From contig NEEC01000009.1 in the NCBI GenBank assembly GCA_002189035.1, forward strand, positions 992,001 through 1,056,000: a stretch of DNA of 64,000 nt. Direction: 5' to 3'. Below the pieces are notes generated by a model. It was not told where the DNA came from. It worked only from the letters and a program-made list of their open reading frames with translations, and did no database searches. This stretch comes from Utricularia gibba. Taxonomy: Eukaryota; Plantae; Magnoliophyta. Positions 23,531-38,824 of this stretch are shown piece after piece; positions within the stretch are counted from its first letter, which is position 1, and each line of letters begins with the position of its first letter. The position numbers and the translations under genes are program-made.

Positions 23531-25934
23531 TCAGTTCCTACTTCCGACATACGCAGCAATTTTAGACACATCTGGAATCCAAAAGGAGAGCTCGGAAGAC
23601 CCGGTTACGAACATCAAGCTCCCTGGAGACCACTTGATTGCAGGTGGAAAAGCTTCCTTGCTCATCCAACTTGCAACCTGCATCACATGCATCCCAGGAC
23701 AAAAATAAGCAGAAATACCATCTCATGTATGCTCAGTTAGTTTGAAAAAATGACGTCTGTTTCAAAACTGGCTGCTACACATATAGTATCAACAAGCGAA
23801 AGAAGCCTCTTGCTCAACATAGAACTTCCCGGGTTGCAATTCATCTAGTTTCAGCCCCACCCCGTTCAACATCAGACGCTCATTTAATAGAGTCACCCCT
23901 CTCCCGAAATGCAAAGTGAACTCAAGGTTTAAATGAGTAAAAATATCTGACAGAATAGGAATCAAGAGTGATGTTTAAAGTGAATGACATGGAACGGCAG
24001 TAGTTTATCATACTTCCTTGCCACTCCGAACATTCCAAGCACAAACACTCCCATCCCCGGAGCCTGCAAGGCACCAAAATAATGCATTTGAATACCAGCA
24101 TATCCTCAATTATACACTACTTCAAACGATACAAATGCCAGGGAATCATAATTTCAATACTTGTGATACGATATATAGAGATTACTTAGTTTTTTCAATG
24201 CCTTGTAATACGGGAGATCTCTGACCTGATATGACAAACATTCCCTCGGGGCTGAAAGAGGCTTCCAAAGTGGAATCACCGGTGACTGGTTTGACATTGA
24301 ATGTTGATAACTACAAAAGAATTAAGGTTATAATTCATCATGCAATGATTGTGATAATCCAGCAAGCTAATCTGGCTGAAAAAATATACAAGGGTTCCAC
24401 GGAATGAATCGAGCACATGGATATGACCGCTTGAAGTTGTCAAAAGCATCAGTCTGCCATCATTACTGAACTTAATAGCATTAGCCTCTGAAACATCGCC
24501 TCCATAAGAGAATATTTCGAAAGGGCCCTAAGACAGAGGAACACGACATTCAGCAAAACTAAAATACAGAAACATTCCTCTCTCCTGCAGTACCATACTA
24601 CCTTTTCATATTTTCGAGCATCAAACATTCGTATGTATCCTCCAAAAGCAATTGTAAAAACAAGTCCTTGGTCATCGTATGCTGCAGCAGGTCTTCCTTG
24701 AACACGCAGCAGGCCCTATTTTCGGAAGGCCAGCTCTATTAGAGCTCGGGAGCACGAAAAACATAATATCATGCAGCAAATTATGATACACGTCTCCACC
24801 TGGCATTTCTCGGCTCTTTGATCCCAAAGCAAGACCGTTCGATCAAGAGATCCAGAAATAAAACAATCTTTTCTACAACATAGACTAAGAGAAACAACCC
24901 TGTACACAAAATTCACTAACAACGTCAGCCAAATATATTTCCAACAGTAAGGCAACCAACAAAACGCCATAAAAGTGTGGACTACCTGTCACGATGACCC
25001 TTAAAGTACCTCAGGTACTTGTTATCATTCAAGGACAGAAGTCGCAAAGATTCTAGTGCAATAAAAAAAAAATTCAGAAGAACAGGCATAGATTGACAAT
25101 TTTTCGACAATGCTAATGTTATCTGCATTACCGTCCCAGCCATTTTTTGAGGAGTAGATAACAGTAGTAGGATGTGAGGTAAAGCTAACAAGATCAACTC
25201 CGTACTTTTTGCTGTTTATCGTCTTCAGACATCTGGTTGAACGACCAAAGTCATCTCATAACAGACAGAAACATCACATAGCCTATAAGCATAAGTAATA
25301 TTTGTTCACATTTGAAAAGCATGACATAACAGAAACCATGAGTTGGTGTATCAGTCTGCTAGTGGACAAACAAATTGGAGAATCGCAAGTTTCCCATTTT
25401 GAATTTTCACCCAAACCATCAAGGCTCAAAACACTAAACCGAATCACGACCCCATTCTTGTACCAGAGCAAATGATAAGAAACCTTAACAAAAATGAGAC
25501 GCTTACGTTGCATTAGCCACATCATATAGTCGAATAGACTCGTCATCACTAGCAGTCACTAAATAATTTGATGTCTTGTGGAAGTCCATGGAACTGATTC
25601 TACCACTCTAAAAGGGAAAAAAAAATACGGAGAGTGTTAAGAATGGATGAATTCAACAGGGGTCGTTTCTGGGGGGAACAAACATATAATACGGAGGCGT
25701 TTACGTAGAGAATGAAAGAAGAAATTGTACATAGTCGCGAAAAGCCATCCCAACTTCCATGCTTTGTATAAGCTCTTCCGTGAGCTCCAGCGAGACTTTT
25801 TCTTCCTTCTCCTGTAAGGATCCTGCGGAAGGCAGAGCAAAAGGGTAACACTCGCCACAAGGATTTAACGCGGGAAATCGCTCACAACAAGCTGTGAGCA
25901 AATAGATGGAACAGCACTTCGCCTTACCAAACAT
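23531..25934 (-). CDS. S2Lb: WDR82/Swd2-like WD40 protein (COMPASS-associated, S2Lb type), multi-exon
   Basis: MFGSLQEKEEKVSLELTEELIQSMEVGMAFRDYSGRISSMDFHKTS...TINSKKYGV...DNKYLRYFKGHRDRVVSLSL...GSLDRTVLLWDQRAEKCQG...IKWSPGSLMFVTGSSELSFWIPD. Exons join in frame. Confidence 0.92.
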
Positions 25935-26190
25935 TGCTGACAATTGGAGGTGTGCTTAGCTCCCCTTCAGCGCAGATGTACTCTGCAACAAAAAGATCAT
26001 ATTTTTGAAAAACAATACCCCATTTTTTAGGTTGCGCTTTGGGAGAAGAGTGAAACTAAATACTTATAAAGATATGGGGTTGATTGTGAAAATTAGCCAA
26101 TTTGTGGGCATCTTTGGTAACAAACTGGCAAATTCAATTTAAAAAGCCGCCTCCCGATACGGAATCCGATCATCCCACCGGAACTTGCAG

Positions 26191-27519
26191 ATGGTTGCGA
26201 AGAAGTCCGCCACCGCCGGAGAATTCTCGCAAGTTCCGGCACTGAAACTGATATTCTTAGGAGGTCCCATTTCTGGTCAGGCCCGCGTTTTCAAGGCCGG
26301 TTCCAAGGTGCAGATAGGCCGGATTTTAAAAGGTAACACTCTGTCAATCAAAGATGCCGGAATATCTTCAAAGCACCTCCTCATTCAAGTCGAGGATCTC
26401 GGCCAGATAGGATGGGCGATCACGGACCTGGGTTCTTCAAACGGCACCGTTCTGAACGGCGACCAGCTGGGGGCGTCGCAACCGGCTCTGTTGTCTGAAG
26501 GCAGCATTATTAAAATTGGGGAGGAGACGTCGATTGAGGTAAAATTTGAGGCCACTGCAGATAAAATTAAGGTTGATTCCAAACCTCCGAGAAGGAATAC
26601 GCGGCGAAGAGTGGGGAACCAGGCTGCTGGTTCAGGGTTGAATGAGGAGGTGTCTGAGATGTCATTGTTGGCCAATGACCGAATTGAAGTTGCCTCGGAG
26701 TTTGATGTGCAAAAGGAGACAAAGGAAAAACTGTGCTTGAAGAGAACCAGAAAACAGGAAAAGAAAGGAAATTTGAAACTAAATGTTGATGAAGGTGTGA
26801 CTGAAGTTGGCAAGAAGCTTACTGGTGATTTGATCGGTAGGAGCACAAGGAATTCGAAGAAGAATTCGAATTTTTTGGAAGATGTCAATGCTGAAGGGCT
26901 TGCAGATGGAACTTCTAATGGAGCAGGACAAAAGCTGGTTACGAGGAGGCTCAGGAGTTCATGGAAGGAAGATAATAGTGATGATCTTGAGAAAGGTTTG
27001 GGTGTTGCAGAAGGTAGGAGGGGTAGGAAGGGAAAAAGAAGGGGAAACAATGCTGCACCTTTGGAGAAGGAGAACGTGGAAATGAAACCAGGTAGTAATG
27101 AAACTGAGCAAGAGAAAATCATCAAATCGGAAGCTCCAGCTACTGAAGTGGTGGAGAACTTAAGCGGCGGTAGCACATCTGAGATCCGAGATGCACAAAT
27201 TGCTGGTAAAAATAGGGAAGTAAAATCATGGAGTCATGGAAATGAGCGAGAGAAACCAGATACCGGAGCGGCTGAAGTGGTTGAAAACGATGCTTCCATA
27301 TCCGAGGTCCCAGATGCACAAGTTGACGGTAGAAACGTGGAAGCAATGGCAGTGGATCTGGAGAAGATGACACTAGGGGAATGGTTAGAGTTTTTGGAGG
27401 AAGCTCTGCCTGAACAAATAATTCGAACAACCGATGAGATGATTAATGATATGAGGCGGAGGGCTGAGAGGTTACCTGAGTTTTTGATGCAGCAGGGGAA
27501 GGATAAAGAGCAAGGCTGA
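26191..27519 (+). CDS. FHA domain-containing protein (At4g14490-like), intronless
   Basis: N-terminal FHA signature IGRILKGNTLSIKDAGISSKHL...DLGSSNGTVLNG, charged linker, conserved C-terminal DLEKMTLGEWLEFLE..LPEQI...DEMI.DMRRRA. Confidence 0.9.
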   Translation: MVAKKSATAGEFSQVPALKLIFLGGPISGQARVFKAGSKVQIGRILKGNTLSIKDAGISSKHLLIQVEDLGQIGWAITDLGSSNGTVLNGDQLGASQPALLSEGSIIKIGEETSIEVKFEATADKIKVDSKPPRRNTRRRVGNQAAGSGLNEEVSEMSLLANDRIEVASEFDVQKETKEKLCLKRTRKQEKKGNLKLNVDEGVTEVGKKLTGDLIGRSTRNSKKNSNFLEDVNAEGLADGTSNGAGQKLVTRRLRSSWKEDNSDDLEKGLGVAEGRRGRKGKRRGNNAAPLEKENVEMKPGSNETEQEKIIKSEAPATEVVENLSGGSTSEIRDAQIAGKNREVKSWSHGNEREKPDTGAAEVVENDASISEVPDAQVDGRNVEAMAVDLEKMTLGEWLEFLEEALPEQIIRTTDEMINDMRRRAERLPEFLMQQGKDKEQG

Positions 27520-27782
27520 AGAAGGTTCATATGATTGAAACTGGAAAAAGGAGCAAATATATGTGTTCTATGTAACCCCACTTCAAGCCGATGCAATGAA
27601 ATTAACAGTGTTTGATTATGTGATTTACGGTTTCATCAGAATGAAAGCACAGAGTAGAAGCAAAAACAATCCAGAACAAAAGCAATCTCAAAGGTGTCAC
27701 CAGCAAGACACCATGAACTAAATCTAGAGGGGAATAAATCTGCAAAGCAAGCCAAATTAATCAATCAAGAAAGATCTATCCC

Positions 27783-28939
27783 TCAACCCGATGGCGAAGC
27801 TACTGCTGGCTCTTCGCCTTTGGAATCGTTCTCACCCTTCACTTCTTCCTCCCCTTCGATCTCATCATCACTATTGTAGACAAACCGAATGTGCTTGCCG
27901 GTGAACTTTGGCCAATCACCTACAGTCATTTTATTCATTCCTTGGCAGAGCTCATTCATCACTTCTTCATCATCCTCCACTTCTTCTTCTTCATGTTCAT
28001 AGTAATCCTCATTCTCTGGCCATTCCATGCATTCGTTTTCGCCATTCTCAGCCATGGCACTTCTTGCATTTTCCTGGATAGACCAAATGAACGAGTTATC
28101 ATCGTCACTGGATGGTTTTTTCCCACTGTTCGTTTTGTCTCCTTGACAAGAAGAGCCTCCTGTGAAATTTGCTTTTTCGGAGAAATCCAGAAGCAAAGAC
28201 CTTGTGATCACATTCTCATCCTCCCCGCCATCATATTTACCCTCAATCATCATCTTAATCAGAAACCAAATCAATATCAAAATAACAAACTGATGATCAA
28301 AAAAGGGAAAAAGAAAACAACTACTGGAGACCAACAAACCTGGGGCGCCAGAATCCTTTCAGCTGCTGGTGTAACAGAAGGCAAATCATCACTACCACAA
28401 GAGAAATCATCCACTTGAGGTGTGTTGACCGGAGTCGGAGCGACAACTGTAATCGGAATCGGAGAGTCGATGCTGTGTCCGTCAACTGTGAAGAGTACCC
28501 TATTTTCAATCGCAACCCTGCGAGGTTCTCCTTCTTCAACCTTCTGCAAAAGAAGACTCTTCACTTGACCTCGCAACAGAGCTTCACCAGATCCAGGCGC
28601 TGATTGAAAAATTGCCTTCTTCTTAGAAGTCAGCGATGATGGAGTTGCCAGACTTCCTATGGCCAACCCAATAATCGGTGAATCATTCGTTATATCAATT
28701 AGGGCAGATCGATCTTGCCGCTGCACTGATTTCGCATTCCCTTTCTCACATTCATCAAGTGTTCCTGCAAGAACAATCAGAAACACTTAAAATAGAAAGA
28801 ATAAAGAAACTATGGATTAAAAGGCGGAACAGGGGGAAACGGCCCATACTCGTCGCCAGAAAAGGTAAACCACCGTTGTTGGGACGGAAGAAAGCACCTG
28901 CGATCTCGTTACTCTTCTAACGAACAACGGAGTTTCCAT
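27783..28939 (-). CDS. Uncharacterised conserved protein (At5g66230/At3g51230-like, from recall); probable 1-nt frameshift in exon 1
   Basis: METPLFVRRVTRSQ start, DRSALIDITNDSPIIGLAIGSLATPSS, GSGEALLRGQVKSLL, ITRSLLLDFSEK, KFTGKHIRFVYNSDDEI. Exon 1 phase only fits if one C is added at about 28881-28883. Confidence 0.8.
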
Positions 28940-29060
28940 GTTTCTGTTGCGTAGTTTCGCCGGAATCCTATGCACTCACAGGCTTCGTGAGATGAGAAGG
29001 AAGAAGATTCCGAACGAGCAGGCGGTGAGATATATAACCACAATGAACTACGAATTTTTT

Positions 29061-29094
29061 GACCGTTGAGTTTGCCGGAAATAAGCCGTTGGGA
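29061..29094 (-). promoter_or_regulatory. Two MSA (MYB3R-binding) elements
   Basis: CTCAACGGTC and TCCCAACGGCT on the minus strand, 120-155 nt upstream of ATG 28939. Confidence 0.6.
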
Positions 29095-29785
29095 TTTAAA
29101 TCTCATGGGCTTGGGCCTTAATACCGAGCCCATCTTCTTGTCTGAAAACAGGCATAACAATCAGAATATTAGTAATTACCAAAATTGCCCTAAATTTTTA
29201 CATTTTCAAGGAGCATATTTATGGAAATTGCAGATTATGTCAAGATAATCACACACGTTTTGTCTTGAGAGTTTCTATGTCCAAAAAACATTTTATTATT
29301 AACAAAAGCAAATGATTCTAAAATTGTTTTTTTCCTGATAATGTTTAAAAATTCAATATATTAAAAATTATTATCAAAATCAATTAACTAAACAATTTTT
29401 TTGTTGGTTTGAAAATCTTTCACCTCCCAACAAAATAACAATCTTCTATTTGTGGTGGCATCCACAAATGGAAGAAAATGGTTGAGGAAGCTGTCCTTGT
29501 CTGTGTTCCATCCCCAATGGGAAGCCGAAGAAAACACAACAAAAAGACATGGAAACATTGAAGTGGGGGAGGGAGGAAAGTAGGGAGCAATGGTGACCCT
29601 ATCCTTCCTCTTCTTCTTCTTCTTCTTCCCTTCTGCTTCTCAATTGTTCTGAAAGGAGAAGGCTCTGCCTTGCTGATCCTCTCTTTCCTTTTCCCAGATA
29701 CCCATCGATGGGATTATTTTTCTAAAAGTTGAGTGGTTCTGTTTACAAGGAATCCTTGTTGCACTTTTTGTTTTTTGTTGGAGAG

Positions 29786-32278
<2,493 letters not shown>

Positions 32279-32718
32279 CATATACAGGCAGAGATAGGGG
32301 TCCTGTATTCAAGTGATCCAGGTTCCATGCATTCCAACACAGAGATATATTAAAGTGTCAAGCTATTTATATAGTAAATGCAGTAACTTCATTGCTGTTG
32401 AAGCCAAAGAAGGGTGTAACATAATCCTTTCAAATTGGAAGAGGAAAAACGTCACCAGCCTCACAAATTAAGAAGGAATGTACGATACCTGTTGGAAAGC
32501 CTACCCGAGGTATTAACATAAGAGAGCGACCATAAGAATCAATTCATAATCTGTATTTACCATAATCCATGTAGTGTGTGATATTTTTACATGTTTATGC
32601 CACAAAATGCAAGAGAAAGGGAATCATGGTGAGAAACTATAATCTGTTTTCCCGTGGGGAGAAAGAATCAACCATCATAACGTTGAATATGAGACAATAA
32701 TCGAACTACCCCCTTCGT

Positions 32719-34643
32719 TCACTTCAAATTTGTTGGTACCCTTATTCCACTGGAATGGTAAAGCTCCATTTTTGTCTTGGCTTCCATCACCAACTTCTCT
32801 GTCTCCTCGACCTGCATCAGAGTAGCTTTCTTAGACGCCCACTCGAGCACCCTGTGTACTTCCGCTTTGGTAAGTTGTTCGCTCTCCGGGACATGAATTG
32901 CAATGTAGGACAGAAGAACCAGCGCAGGGTTCTGCAAGACATGTCCTGAAAAGTAGACATGTTGCACAAGATGCTTTTCCCCTCCAGCAGCAAGGATCGC
33001 TTTTGAGTGTTCGACATGCAGAAAGTTCTCCTTCCAGGCAAACTTTGTGAGTGCGATACACGATTCCTTGGAGATATTTTCCTCTACGCTCTGATCCAAA
33101 AGCTTCACCAATGGCCTTATCATCCTCGTCTCGGTAGACTTGAAAATTCTCGACAAGTTCCCAATGCTCCTTATGCAGGGGATAAGGAGCTGAGAATCCG
33201 CCTTTTGGATCACACTGAGCATTTGATCGACTACAGCTTTGCAGGCAAGGGAGTTGGGTCTGAAAGCTGTTTTTCTGAGCTCAGGGTTCAACTCTGCCAT
33301 TGTTGTGATCTCCATCAAAGCCATAGCAGAATTATATTGAACTTCTTTTGTTCCGTTCTCCATGAGAAAAGCAAAACATAGTAAAGCTCTGGACTCCGTT
33401 ATCCTTTGGCAAATCGGAGGATTTCCCTTTGCCAGCTTCCAAAGTGCCTTTGCAGCCATCGCTTTCATATACGCTTTAGTTTCTGGATCCTCCAATTCCC
33501 TTGCTTTAATGTTAACCCGGGAATGCGAATGCAATGGACTTGGCGGACCATGATGATGATGATGCAAAGGGCTCACCTTCCCACGATTGTTAACACCCTC
33601 CATAGCAATTTTACTTGCCACAACATCATGCATCTGATTAGAATGATTCTTCCCTAAAGGATGACGAATTAAGCTCTTCTCCTCATCCAAATCAACCCCA
33701 CTCATCATATTCTCGTTGTTCGTCTTGCTACTGGCCAAAACGACGGCAGCGTGCATCGAAGTGGCCTTGCTCGCCACCGCGTATTTGCTGTGCTCTGGCA
33801 CAGTCTCGAAAGATAGCTGATTAACAAGCAAGCCTATGATGTTCTGCTGAGCAAAGTGATCCTGGCATTGGGGATAGTGGTCAACAAGCTCCGAGATAGC
33901 CCAGGCTACCTCAGCCTGCACTTTCATACGATCTTCTTTGAGGATCTTGGCAAACACTGAGCAAACTCCGGCAAGAATCATCTGCTCCACGCTTTCAACG
34001 TCTTTCCCAAGCAATCCAATGGCTCGCGCTGCATTCAACTGCCCTTCCAATGTCCCTTCCTTCAACAATTTCAACAACGGCCCAAGTCCGCCTTCCTCGA
34101 CGATCGAGTGCGTGTTACGTTCGTTATCCCGCGCAAGAGCCACCAACGTCTGCGCCACGGTCGCGCGGACGGCCGGCGAGCCTTTTTGCAAAAGCGCGAT
34201 TTGCTGCCAGATCAAGGGAAGCATCGGCTCAGTAAGGGCAATCGGCGGGAGACCGAGGTGCTCGTCGTCGTCGTTTCCCACGCGAAGAGCCAGGAGACAT
34301 CTGCGATGGAGTTCTCTATATGCCCCGTCATCTTCCGGATAGCCGCGGCGGAGATGATTGTAAAGACGCGCTTGACTATTCCATGACCACGGCATTTGAG
34401 CACCAGAGTCAACGAATTCTCCAGAACATTCTGTGTGTCCTCGATGATTCGACGCGCTGGTTGCTCGTAGAGATCGCTGCTGGCACGCGCCGCCTGCCGC
34501 AGCAGCTCCGACAGCTTCTCCGCCGTCCCCTGGAGATCCGCGCAGTCCTGCTTGAACATAGTTGCTTCGGCGGCTGCCTTTATCAACTGGTCCGCCGATT
34601 GAATCGCGGTAGCCAAGATCTGCTTCAACAACAAATCTCCCAT
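32719..34643 (-). CDS. ARO: ARMADILLO REPEAT ONLY protein, intronless; 1-nt frameshift near 34287
   Basis: MGDLLLKQILATAIQSADQLIKAA...IADVSWL in one frame continues as LRVGNDDDEHLGLPPIA...ARM repeats...YHSSG in the -1 frame. Confidence 0.9.
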
Positions 34644-35119
34644 CGATTCCAAATCCGAAGAGCAGTAGAACCGCAGCTGCGGTGGACCGTCTTCTGCCAC
34701 CGTGCAGCCAGCCCTGACACCTAAGCAAGATTTTTATTCACGGTTTCTTTCCAACCAAGACCAAATCACGCCGCGACCAATGCCTCATTTTCCCCCTTCT
34801 CGAAACCCTCGTTTCAATAGCCAAAAAAAACTAAGTAATAAAAACGGACCACGTAAGCCTCATCATGTTATAAATTCACATCGAATTTATTTCATGTTTC
34901 TAAGCAATTACACAAATAAATGTTACTTAAATTGTATACTAATAGCTAAGTTTTTTAATCTTTTTATTATGAAAATACTAATTATGCATAAAAACTAAAT
35001 TCCAGATGATCAAACCTGATGGAGAATCAATGTGGTGGGTTGCGTTTGATAGTATGGTGAGTTTATTACAGCTTGGTTCAGGCGATCAAAATGAATGGTA
35101 AGCGGTAGTGATGCGCGGT

Positions 35120-37227
35120 TTACAGGGTTTTTGCTACAGAAGGGAGAGACCTGAGAAGGTGTGGCGAGGGGCGGCGGAGGGTGTGGTTGAGCAGAAGCAT
35201 GAGCGTGAGGAGGGTCAGAGCTCCGGCCTGGTGAGCCGCGCCCAGTGAAACTGGGACGTAAGACAAAAGGGTGGAGATCCCCAGTGTCACCTACAGCCAA
35301 GACAGATCCATGGTTAGTGGGGACATGCCATGCCGGAAGGCGTAGGAAGTGAATATGGGTGCTTCATACCTGAACAGCCGCCATTCCCACAGTGCTTCCG
35401 ATTAGGGATCTTACTGCAGGGTGTATGTCCAAGCTCCTGGATGCCCACCACACTCCGCCGATGGAAAACAGTGTTGCGGTGGCGAGGATTCTATGGTTGA
35501 GCTGGTTGCAAGTGTGTGGGAGATCGAGTGAGTGAATACATTGGCGTTTGGAGTGACTTTCTGTGCATGTGAAGGTAAGATTTTTACCTGCACGGTTGAT
35601 GTGTTCTCGAAGAAGTTCCGTATCAGCGGCTTCAGCTGAAATATGTCATCTGGAATCCAGACATCTCCCATCTTTGGGAAGGTATTGAAGGCATGCCCCT
35701 TTAGATTGAGAGCAGGGTTAGTCACTTTGTGCAAGAAGAAGTTGAAAAAGATATGCAGTTAGTCACTTACTGCATCATTTCCAGCAACAAATGCTCCTGA
35801 GACAGCAGTTATCCCCACAAGAATGCTAACAGGAAGTGCAAGGCGCTTAACTTTAGCTGCACCTTGAACCCAGGCTAAGGATTCAGCTGGAGGTTCCGGC
35901 ATCACGACGGAAAGCCCCGTCCAGAACAGACCACAATAAATAACAAATGCTGAAGTCAGATGAGCCGCGAGGCGGTATGGACTCACCCTTGGTTCGGTAT
36001 ACTCAGACTCCGGCTCCTGGCAGATGAACAGAAATTCTCAAAAAAACGATACTTTTGAACAAGAAGCCATTTCCCTGTTACCTCTAAGCCGCTTTTGACC
36101 ATCCACCAGCCAATTAATCCCTGACCAGCCCCGAGAGCAAACAATCCAGAAAGCCTGATTCCCAAGCGCAAAGTGATATATCCCTTGCGAAGGAAGTAGG
36201 AAAAAGGGAGTGCGAACATTATGCCAAGCGCTCTTCCCCACATGCGATGTGCATACTCCATCCAGTATATGAACTTAAAGTCCTCAAGACTCATTCCCTT
36301 ATTTATCCTACAGAAGGCTAACACATTCATAAGCAATCCAAAAGCACTAGCATAAACCACAAGGCAAATACAAGTGCTTGTTACCTTATATATTCAGGAG
36401 ACTGCTTATATTTTTCAAATTCACTAACCCATTTTTCATGAGAGAGAGGTGGAAGCCCACCAGTGAATTTCCAATCGGTCATTGAAAGACCAGATCTTGT
36501 CAATCTGGTAACACCACCAAGTACCACCATACTAAAGACCCAAGCAGCAGAACCAAAGAGCCAAATACCCACTGCTTTCTGAGCATTTGGTCCTGCAGTC
36601 ACAAGAAGTTTCACTCCACCTGTATCTTTTGCAGATACTGACGCCACAGTGGAGAAGCTTCTTGACGATGGCTTTAGATTCTAGGAAAAGAAAACTGTCA
36701 TATAATTGCCGGAATTTCACTCGAACATTTCATGATTCCAACAAACTAAATTGGTTTATATATATATGGCACCAGGGGAAAAAAGGAATGCAGTAAAAAT
36801 TACCGAATGCAATGATAATCAATAATCTAAGTAGATGTAATAATGCTTTCTCTTGACTAGAAACAAACGAGACAATAAAGTTTTTCACTTTCTTATGTTC
36901 ATAATCACTTGCGCATGTCATCCGGCGAAAAAGTTCGCCCTTCACTCATGTAAGGTGAAAGAGAAGAGGATACCATGGAACAAAGAAATTTACCTTACAC
37001 TGGGATTGAAGCAAAGACCTGAACCCAGCGCCAACAAGCCCCGGCGAGACAGAAGATTCAGCAGGAATCAACCTCGAAAACCCAGAGTAAAACCTCGATT
37101 GGGTCTCACTGGAAGACCCCCAGGACTTTGAAAACACCGTCTTCAATTCCCTCGCACCCGAATACGAAAGTATACCCTTGAAGGACTGTGACCTTCTTAG
37201 AAATGAAACGATTTTGTGCTCAAACAT
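35120..37227 (-). CDS. COX15: Cytochrome c oxidase assembly protein COX15 (heme A synthase)
   Basis: Mitochondrial presequence-like N-terminus, VVLGGVTRLTRSGLSMTDW, FIYWMEYAHRMWGR, SPYRLAAHLTSA, GAFVAGNDAGHAFNTFPKMGD, TVQLNHR, AAHQAGAL. Seven exons join in frame. Confidence 0.95.
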
Positions 37228-37649
37228 GGCGGATAAAACTCTCTTCCTTCCCACTAACAGCGAACACAAAATGCCAAAACCAAATCCCGATCAGCCGGCG
37301 GCGGTTGCTGCTATAGGCTACAGGAAACCTTGGGCGTTCTCAAATTGGGACAAGGGCGGCTTCTCTAATCTTTACCGTGAAACTAGAAAGTCAATAAACA
37401 GCGATTATCCGGTGCCGGCTACCGGAAGCAAGCAAGCCGTTGGCATTGAAAATCAAGCCAAGGGTTTTCCAGCCTTGAGGTGCAATGGAGAATTTTTGTG
37501 GGGTTTTTCTGAGATTTTGACTCTTCTTTTTCCTTCAGTAATATTTATTATTAACAATATGTAAATTCAAATACATTTTATTCATTATAAAACACCAAAT
37601 CTGTCCACGAGGTGAAGACAGAGAAACGGCGCGGCGGTTACTTCAACTG

Positions 37650-38245
37650 TCAAACTCCCGGAGACTTGACCGGAAATCCGTTGCTCACCCAAGCACTGTA
37701 CCCCCCTTCCATGTCCATCACGTTCTTGAACTCCTGCAGTTCTTCATCCTCTCAGGCTACTACTCCAGATCAATCAATAACACACTTTAAAAAGAATTAC
37801 TCACTGCTTCCACAAGATCAGCAGCCGCTTTCGCAGATCTCGACCCCGCCTGGCAACCCTGGAAACAGTTTTTCAGAATAGAAATCAGACAGCGAGAAAA
37901 GGAAGTTGGGGCTGCCTGCCCCATGGAAGATGGTCGGAAGTTCGCACCACAAGGACGTGATCTTCTTTGGAGAAGACAGCTTGGACCTGGTCTCTGAAGC
38001 TGGATTCTTCTTCGGGCCAAGTGGGGTGAAAAACATGTAAGGGACGTTGACTGCATTCTCCAGATGCCCCTGCCTGAATTCCTCCTCGGTCCTGCGATAA
38101 ACCCCAACTCCATTCCCATTTCTCAGACATTGATGATGATGATGATGATCCAGGAAGAAGCTTACCGTACGTCGAGGTACCGGTAACGGGGCTCCTTGGT
38201 GAGGAGATCTCTGGCTCCTTGAACGTTGATGCGGGCAACCGCCAT
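37650..38245 (-). CDS. Single-domain rhodanese/thiosulfate sulfurtransferase (STR16/STR18-like); 1-nt frameshift near 38002
   Basis: YLDVRTEEEFRQGH...VNVPYMF...KNP/SFRDQV...HVLVGCQAGSRSAKAA...MEGGYSAWV. Four exons; active-site loop CQAGSR. Confidence 0.88.
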
Positions 38246-38824
38246 GGGGATGGAGCTCGGAAGGCTACGAGGAGGAGACAGAGAGATATTAGACAAGGAT
38301 TTGATGAATGGGAGTAACTGCGTGTTTGTGTGTGTGTGGATTTGTACCCTGAAGCTGCAGAACCCATCGGCAGAAGATAAGATCCTCTTCCTCTGGTTTC
38401 TGATATATATGGAAGGATGAAGGAATACATCAGCGATTACGTCAGCACGTGCAGAGATCTGCACAAGCTTACATCATCACTGACATCTTCAGAAAAGGTA
38501 CCAAATCTGACTCGCATCATTTCAATAATTTTGATATAAAAAGAATTTAAATTTGAAATTTAAACAGTTATTTTTATATTATATTGACTTCGATTTAAAT
38601 TATTATCTTTTTTTACTTATAAAAAATATAATAGGAGAAAATAAAAATTGTATGATCATTATAAAAGGCTGCATTTTTATATGATCATTATGGGCCTTTA
38701 GGTGAATGGGCCGGGCCCGTTTTCTTTGGATGACTGCCCCCTGATTCTAAGTTGATTCGCGGCATGGGGGAGCTTTGTTTTTTGTAAAGAGGAACGGAAG
38801 TTTAGGGTTGGGAGATTTGCAGTA

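Noticed and set aside
26385-27176. 263-aa antisense ORF
   Set aside because: Mirror of the Lys/Glu-rich FHA gene; Ser/Phe/Leu-biased with no domain.
32719-34728. 669-aa ORF starting MLRCQGW as the true ARO N-terminus
   Set aside because: Its first 150 or so residues are off-frame; the ARO N-terminus is in ORF 34212..34700 and joins at the 34287 frameshift.
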